Shown: positions 58,632 to 64,000 of the stretch, piece by piece
Layout of the letters: the number at the start of each line of letters is the position of its first letter
How positions within the stretch are numbered: the stretch's first letter is position 1
IMG/VR virus record: IMGVR_UViG_3300023174_004273
Location: 11,387-75,386 of that record
From: a virus
DNA: 64,000 nucleotides
Direction: 5' to 3' (one strand)
The notes under the pieces: generated by a model
What the model was told of the DNA's origin: nothing
The model's database searches: none
The model's input: the letters and a program-made list of their open reading frames with translations, nothing else
Program-made: the position numbers and the translations under genes

Positions 58632-60197
58632 TTAGAAGGCAGCTATGAAGGGCATGGGTTCAATGATCGTGTCGCTGTGATCGCGCAGTTGGGTATCTAG
58701 CTCTGTGTGATAGCTCTGTAGCAGTTGCATCATGCGCACAGCCAGCAAAGTTGCCATCACAAGATCATCGGTTTCGCCTATCTTTGCCGCATAGCTGGCT
58801 CCGTGAGCGATAAAGCTCTTGAGCTCAGTGATCAGGCTGGAAGAATGTATTTTCATGCGCCCTGTTTCTATTAGATTTTTTAACTTGGCGCAGGCAGCCA
58901 GTTTGGGCTTGTTGGAGGTGTTGAACCCTTTGCGATATCTACGGCCTGAACTGCCACCTGATTCGCTGAGGAAATAGCCCTGTATGTTTTCTTCGCCGTA
59001 CTCTGCTATGGATATCAGTGCGGCTTCGCCAATGGTATTGTTTTCTACGGTGTAGTAAATGTTTTTAGAATCTTTTACAGTTTCATTGATGTGTCGGCAA
59101 ATGTCAGCTAGGATACGCACTTGTTCTGGTATGGTAGTACGATTATGTCGCCATTCAGCCACTTGTTCTGTGGTGTTGGCGTCAAATACTTGGATGGCAG
59201 CTGGATCACCACCTGTGCCCAGGCTAGGGTCCAGGGCCACTACGTAGAATCGATCTTTCTCGGGTTTTCTAAACCAACGCACCTGCCCAGTTTTATACAG
59301 CACATCACTGCTCATAAGATCGATGAGCTTGACTGGTGATATCAGGGTCTCATCATCGATGATGAACTCACAGTCCATCTCTCTGCGGAATCGTTCGTCA
59401 CCCAAGATAGCACGTTGTTGCTTGGCCCAGGCATCGTCACGATCAGGATGCTCTCTCCAGAAAGCACGGAAAGCACGGAAACCATTCTGTCCTATTTCTG
59501 TTTCATTGCCATACTCATCTTCCAGCTTGTTGGCCATCTTCCAGATCAATGCAAACTGATCTTCATCTGAGTTAGGTGTTGATGTTATGATGGCTTTACC
59601 ACCTGTAGACAGGGTGGGTGTGATAGAAGTCCAGAACTCTTTGGCTATGGTAGGCCTGACGAATGCAAACTCGTCACAGTATAGTAGTGTTATGGACATA
59701 CCACGACCGGTGTTTTCTGTTGTGGTTTGTGCCACTATACGACTGCTGTTGTCAAACTCTAAACTGCCTTTGTTATATGATGTCACTCCAGCACGTATAT
59801 GGTCTGGACAGGCTTCGTAAGCATAGCGTACACGTTGCATGATCTCTTGTGCGCCTAGATACTTGTGCGCGGCCACTAAGATCGTGGAGTCTGGAACGAA
59901 CATAGCATACCAAAGAAGATAGCCTGCGGCCGAGGTCGATTTACCCGTTTGCCTAGGCATCATCGAGATAGAGAATCTATAATTGTGGTATGTTTCTATC
60001 AGCCGATCCTGGAACTCGTAGGGCTGATACAACATCTTGCCGTGCAATGGATGTTGGATATAGAAGAAATGACTCAGGAAATAGTGCGGCCCAGTGATGG
60101 GGTCAGCACACTTCATGAACTCTTCAATCTGTTGTTCAGTGTAGTGATGCCGGCGATGTGGTGCCTTGATCAGTACGCCTTCTAAACTCTTTGACAT
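58632..60197 (-). CDS. terL: terminase large subunit (T4 gp17-like)
   Basis: RQTGKS, YCDEFAF, ITSTPN, ALDPS.G.GGD, DDLVMA; start MSKSLE. Confidence 0.96.
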   Translation of the reverse strand: MSKSLEGVLIKAPHRRHHYTEQQIEEFMKCADPITGPHYFLSHFFYIQHPLHGKMLYQPYEFQDRLIETYHNYRFSISMMPRQTGKSTSAAGYLLWYAMFVPDSTILVAAHKYLGAQEIMQRVRYAYEACPDHIRAGVTSYNKGSLEFDNSSRIVAQTTTENTGRGMSITLLYCDEFAFVRPTIAKEFWTSITPTLSTGGKAIITSTPNSDEDQFALIWKMANKLEDEYGNETEIGQNGFRAFRAFWREHPDRDDAWAKQQRAILGDERFRREMDCEFIIDDETLISPVKLIDLMSSDVLYKTGQVRWFRKPEKDRFYVVALDPSLGTGGDPAAIQVFDANTTEQVAEWRHNRTTIPEQVRILADICRHINETVKDSKNIYYTVENNTIGEAALISIAEYGEENIQGYFLSESGGSSGRRYRKGFNTSNKPKLAACAKLKNLIETGRMKIHSSSLITELKSFIAHGASYAAKIGETDDLVMATLLAVRMMQLLQSYHTELDTQLRDHSDTIIEPMPFIAAF

Positions 60198-60235
60198 ACA
60201 TTTACTTACCAAAATATACACATATAAATATTCTT

Positions 60236-60781
60236 ATGAGCGATACGCTAATATTAGCACCGGACTATCAACCGGTCAACTACTTGCCACTCAGTACCAT
60301 AGACTGGCAAACTGCTATCAAACTGTTCTTCCTGGACAAAATCCAAGTGTTAGAATGGTATGATGATTGGGTCGTACGAAGCGCCAAGCTGGAGATGCGA
60401 GTACCTGCTGTGGCCGTGACCAAACGAGGCTTTGGCAAGAACGGCGGCATGCGTTTCAGCCGTCAGAATCTCTACCTACGCGACTTGTTTACTTGTCAAT
60501 ATTGCGATGAAACCCTGGGCGGTAAACATCTTACCATAGATCATGTGCTGCCACGAAGCCAAGGTGGTACTACCACATGGGAAAACTGCGTGACCTGTTG
60601 CAAAGAATGTAATGCAGAAAAAGGATCAAAGATATGGAGACCAAAGAATCTTCCTATCAAACCCAACTACTGGGCCTTGGTCAACTCTGTAAAAAGCACT
60701 TACACTGGTGTTCGACACCCTAGCTGGAATCTTTATCTGGGACTCAAAGACAACGAGTCTAAAAGATTTAAAAATCGTTGA
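60236..60781 (+). CDS. HNH endonuclease
   Basis: RD.FTCQYC, TIDHVLPRSQGG..WEN.V..C..CN..KG; ATG 5 nt after TATAAATA. Confidence 0.9.
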   Translation: MSDTLILAPDYQPVNYLPLSTIDWQTAIKLFFLDKIQVLEWYDDWVVRSAKLEMRVPAVAVTKRGFGKNGGMRFSRQNLYLRDLFTCQYCDETLGGKHLTIDHVLPRSQGGTTTWENCVTCCKECNAEKGSKIWRPKNLPIKPNYWALVNSVKSTYTGVRHPSWNLYLGLKDNESKRFKNR

Positions 60782-61758
60782 TCCTTGTTGATCTGGAATC
60801 GACCTTTGAGTTCTATCAACCTATTCCAGTTGTGTTCTGTGATGTGTTCTACTGAACGAGCAAAATCTGCTGAACCGTTGTTGACAATGTCTTTGACTGT
60901 GCCAACGATTTTCAGTGCCCTGTCTTGTTCATTGTCAATGACATCGTAACTCTCATCGATGTAACTACCAAATGTCTGGAAGCCAAGATTCCTTAATTCT
61001 TTGAGGGCGCCTGGCACACTCATCAACACCAAGGGCATCTTGGCCGCGATAGGGCGTAGGGTTTTTTCTGTAAACCAGGAACCTTCTGTGGTCAGTGTTT
61101 CTGATGATACTTCAAATGCACACTGATTGTATAAGTCTAGGCTAGGAGCCAGGCTTTTTTGCCACATCATTGGCGCAGAATCTTCTCCTACATAGTGTGC
61201 AGGAACTGTGGTTTGACTCCAAGACCAGTTACCGTCGCGATGATAGATCATGATGGAGTTTTTGCCTATTTCTGACAGTCCGCCATAGATTATATCACGT
61301 GGCGAGGCTTGCCGCCCCATGGTAATCAGGAAATCTTTGGTGATATTTTTTCGAAGTTTTAAAGCAATACGCTGTTCAACTAGCTCAATGAATCTGGATT
61401 CTGGATCATACTCTACTGAAATATTTTGAAATCCGTGATTGAACCAGACAGATTCGATCAAGCAAGTGATGTTTTTTGCTTCGGGCTCTTGATCTAGTTC
61501 TCTCATCCACGACAACTCGTACTTGAGGATGACGGGCGAGTCAACATTGCCTACTAACAGCACATGATTGTTTTTTATTAAATCGTAAAGAGCTGTTCGC
61601 TGTTGTTTCCAAAGATTACCTAACCATACACAGTCAGTTATGACAATGTTATCAACAACATTTATATCTTCGGATTCAGAATAGGGTATGGCAAAATGAT
61701 TGCAGAAAAACTTCCAGTGTTGGGTTTCAAGGATAGGGACGATCGAAATCTGTTTCAT
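60733..61758 (-). CDS. TEKT-motif glycosyltransferase-like protein
   Basis: EVSSET...FTEKTLRPI...P......G....LR.LGFQTF..YIDESYD. Confidence 0.6.
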   Translation of the reverse strand: MKQISIVPILETQHWKFFCNHFAIPYSESEDINVVDNIVITDCVWLGNLWKQQRTALYDLIKNNHVLLVGNVDSPVILKYELSWMRELDQEPEAKNITCLIESVWFNHGFQNISVEYDPESRFIELVEQRIALKLRKNITKDFLITMGRQASPRDIIYGGLSEIGKNSIMIYHRDGNWSWSQTTVPAHYVGEDSAPMMWQKSLAPSLDLYNQCAFEVSSETLTTEGSWFTEKTLRPIAAKMPLVLMSVPGALKELRNLGFQTFGSYIDESYDVIDNEQDRALKIVGTVKDIVNNGSADFARSVEHITEHNWNRLIELKGRFQINKDQRFLNLLDSLSLSPR

Positions 61759-61774
61759 CCCTTATATATTGAGT

Positions 61775-62479
61775 TTATCTAAAGGGGAAATGAAATCCTG
61801 TGGCTTGCTCTACTGTTTCCAATGGTACTTGATACTTGGGCAAGTCTGCCACTGGCAATGCAGAGTTAGGCATCAAGTATGCCATTGTTTGTCCAGATGT
61901 CTTTTCGTGTATGACTTTGTAAAGACGTGTGGGTATGCCCAAGCCGTTACCTGTCACAGGATGGCCAGGATCAAAAATGCCACCAGAGATGATGTAAAAG
62001 TCACCGCCTTTTGATGCCCAGTCGCGCTCCCAAGTTTCCAACTGTTTCCAGATCCCACGGTTATTGTTGGCCACTTGAGCCACCATGTTTGACAAAAAGA
62101 AACTTTCACTCATGATTTGATCATTCTGAGTGTTGTTGGCAGCTGGACTCAAATGCCCACGATCGTGAGTGCGTCCCACTGTGGCATAGTCAGCCAAGGT
62201 AGCCTGGCACTCAGGATGTACAGCAGGATCAGGACGGAAGTTATCACGTCGCTTGGCTGGTCCTGTCATTGATGCTACGGTCAAATGTTCAAACACAGCC
62301 ACAGGCGCTTTGACTGAACAACGATGGATCACAGCATAGTTTGTTTTACACAGTTCCTGATCACCAGGCTGTGCTTGATATTGTGGTGTGCCATGGCTGG
62401 TAAACTGTGGGCATTGTTGATTGATCTGTGCCCAAGATAATGCTGGTAAAAATAGTAATAGTAATAGTAGTTTTTTCAT
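61775..62479 (-). CDS. secreted DNA/RNA non-specific endonuclease (NucA/Serratia family)
   Basis: Signal peptide MKKLLLLLLFLPALSWA; DRGH, SNM..Q...NRGIW..LE. Confidence 0.9.
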   Translation of the reverse strand: MKKLLLLLLFLPALSWAQINQQCPQFTSHGTPQYQAQPGDQELCKTNYAVIHRCSVKAPVAVFEHLTVASMTGPAKRRDNFRPDPAVHPECQATLADYATVGRTHDRGHLSPAANNTQNDQIMSESFFLSNMVAQVANNNRGIWKQLETWERDWASKGGDFYIISGGIFDPGHPVTGNGLGIPTRLYKVIHEKTSGQTMAYLMPNSALPVADLPKYQVPLETVEQATGFHFPFR

Positions 62480-62480
62480 A

Positions 62481-62558
62481 TTAGTTCGTGAGCTCTAGAG
62501 CCTGCGTTATGTTACGCAGGTACCATGGTGCGACTTCAGTTGGGCTTGGAATGGCCAT
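62481..62558 (-). pseudogene. 25-codon ORF, possibly the truncated start of a longer gene
   Basis: MAIPSPTEVAPWYLRNITQALELTN* with an AAGGT SD; fills the intergenic gap. Confidence 0.45.
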
Positions 62559-62566
62559 ATGTTACC

Positions 62567-62866
62567 TTAGGGTTGATAGTATACTACTTCACCGGTAGCA
62601 GGATCAAAATACAGTTGGTTCAGTCCAGCAGTGGAGTTAACCACTCTGACGTTCCCAAGATAGACGTTTGCTCCTGTTGCCTGTATCACTTTGGTCAATG
62701 CTCCTGTGGCATTGCCAATGTATATTTCATTTGTGTTTATATTTACCGTCATCTCTGCAGGACGAGCGTTGCCGTTGTAGTTGGTCACGCTTTCTTGCGC
62801 ATTGTCTTTCATAACAGTGCGACTGATACCTGTAAGATCCGCGTATGGTGGTGGCGGATTGGCCAT
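62567..62866 (-). CDS. small structural-like protein
   Basis: G/T/N-rich with an EIYIGN motif like fibre attachment domains; TAATG-coupled. Confidence 0.6.
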   Translation of the reverse strand: MANPPPPYADLTGISRTVMKDNAQESVTNYNGNARPAEMTVNINTNEIYIGNATGALTKVIQATGANVYLGNVRVVNSTAGLNQLYFDPATGEVVYYQP

Positions 62867-63252
62867 TATCGTGGATATCCTTTGAATGGTTTGATTGGAC
62901 TCACTTTGTCGATGAATGCTGGCTCGTCGCTCTGCGGAGTGCTGACCAATCTTTTGCCTCCAGGTGTCTTAGTCATCTTCAGTGCCTGGTCAATGATTGG
63001 ATCTACATTGTTGCTGAATCCTGCTATCACACCATTTTCACCAAATGCTGTTTCTGCTGACCATTCAGGACGAGTGGGATTTACTGTGTCAGGCTGTGCG
63101 TCACTGCGGGCTCTGGCTATGGCCACACCAAAGCGATAATTCTTATAAGGGTCAGCGGCACTGAGACCAGGTATCACATAGGTATAGCGCATGGGATCTG
63201 CCTGCTCAGGTGGCAGATTGGCTTGTTCTGTTATAAACTCACGAGCTCTCAT
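62866..63252 (-). CDS. putative internal head protein, paralog A
   Basis: Starts MRAREFITE; ends SPIKPFKGYPR. Confidence 0.7.
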   Translation of the reverse strand: MRAREFITEQANLPPEQADPMRYTYVIPGLSAADPYKNYRFGVAIARARSDAQPDTVNPTRPEWSAETAFGENGVIAGFSNNVDPIIDQALKMTKTPGGKRLVSTPQSDEPAFIDKVSPIKPFKGYPR

Positions 63253-63668
63253 CGTGGATATCCTTTGAATCCTTTAACTGGACTTTTGATATTGGTATCT
63301 GCAGGTTCGCGGCTGCCCGGTGGTGCTATGTTTCTTATTTTGCCGCCCAGTCGTTTGGCAGCATATTTGATTTTCTCATCATCTTCGTCAGTATAACCGC
63401 TCAAGATAGGACTGTTAGCGATGTATGACTCCTCATCAGCTATGTCTTCTGTGGGACCGCCTGCCATGATCATACCCATACGATACAGGTCATAGTATTT
63501 GTCAAGATTATCTATGGCCATGGCACCTGGGCTAGTAGCCACGTACCAGTTGTCAGGATGACCTTTGTGATGCTTGCCGCGTGACCGTCTACGGCCAGTG
63601 GACTGATCGTGGTCAAGGGCATCAAAACTCTGACCACCATCCTCAGTGATAAACTCACGTGCTCGCAT
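63249..63668 (-). CDS. putative internal head protein, paralog B
   Basis: Starts MRAREFITE; ends SPVKGFKGYPR. Confidence 0.7.
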   Translation of the reverse strand: MRAREFITEDGGQSFDALDHDQSTGRRRSRGKHHKGHPDNWYVATSPGAMAIDNLDKYYDLYRMGMIMAGGPTEDIADEESYIANSPILSGYTDEDDEKIKYAAKRLGGKIRNIAPPGSREPADTNIKSPVKGFKGYPR

Positions 63669-63670
63669 GG

Positions 63671-63949
63671 TTAGAACACGCTTTCTTGAGCCGAGCTTGC
63701 TGTTCCTAATTCAAGTGCAGTAAATGGGGTTCCTGTCACAGTGACTTTGTTTCCAGCACCGGCATAGACTTCAAACACAGTGTTGGCTGGTATGTTGATT
63801 GGCGCTGAGTAAATGTTGCCTGCCGCGGCTGCACTACCCAATGCCGTGGCATAGGCTTGATACGTGACAACATTACCACCTGTGGCGATCTGTAGCTTGT
63901 CAGTGTAAACTGTTGTGTTTGATAATGATGTGTATACGTTTGCGGCCAT
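63671..63949 (-). CDS. small beta-rich structural-like protein
   Basis: 92 aa, A/T/G-rich. Confidence 0.6.
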   Translation of the reverse strand: MAANVYTSLSNTTVYTDKLQIATGGNVVTYQAYATALGSAAAAGNIYSAPINIPANTVFEVYAGAGNKVTVTGTPFTALELGTASSAQESVF

Positions 63950-63964
63950 TTTGTTGTTCTCTCT

Positions 63965-64000
63965 TTACCACGCACGGCACGACCAATAACGTGCCTTGCG
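63965..64000 (-). CDS. 3' end of a gene entering from the right edge
   Basis: Reads RKARYWSCRAW*; a YWSC..W terminus is recalled from T4-like phage hypotheticals. Confidence 0.55.
   Translation of the reverse strand, partial: RKARYWSCRAW

Noticed and set aside
60236-60781. HNH gene as an intron-encoded homing endonuclease
   Set aside because: It is free-standing and divergent from an uninterrupted terminase gene; a packaging-associated or free-standing role remains possible.
1379-63139. Many plus-strand and nested ORFs in the track (e.g. 1379-2074, 57725-58297, 62525-63139)
   Set aside because: They are antisense or alternate-frame shadows of well-supported genes.
1-64000. Stop-codon reassignment
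   Set aside because: Core genes are full length in the standard code, and all three stop codons end genes.
1-64000. tRNA, rRNA or CRISPR arrays
   Set aside because: Intergenic gaps are short and explained by promoters, terminators or mini-ORFs. No cloverleaf or periodic repeat was seen by eye; tRNAscan-SE or Infernal would confirm.

Overview
This window is part of a large T4-like (myovirus-type) dsDNA phage genome. It is densely coding in the standard genetic code and almost entirely on the minus strand. The Burkholderiales-like bS21, IscU and IscA sequences suggest a betaproteobacterial host (inference). Content: (1) a proteostasis/translation module (Hsp20 with a ROSE-like thermometer, bS21, ClpX, possibly ClpS); (2) DNA ligase, PAAR/baseplate genes, glutaredoxin, nrdAB, a tailspike, a PD-(D/E)XK nuclease and IscU/IscA; (3) probable head-internal proteins with T4-like Glu cleavage motifs, including a Pol-beta NTase plus ligase-like KxDG fusion; (4) a replication/recombination core (gp41 helicase, gp61 primase, gp62-like and gp59-like proteins, UvsW, UvsY, UvsX, gp32) that also carries two stripped-down DnaE-type polymerases (567 aa and 191 aa) and a stand-alone Hint/intein-fold-like protein; (5) about 25 accessory modifying enzymes (radical SAM, SGNH, glycosyltransferases, methyltransferases, 2OG oxygenases, amidinotransferase), in a cluster at 40.8-52 kb and as single genes inside core operons, one flanked by an exact 34-bp duplication; (6) terminase large subunit, HNH nuclease and a signal-peptide nuclease. 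Regulatory signals include TAAATA late-type promoters, near-consensus sigma70 promoters (some with a nested late box) and many apparently leaderless starts. No tRNA, rRNA or CRISPR array was recognised. All family calls come from motif recognition by eye, not database searches.
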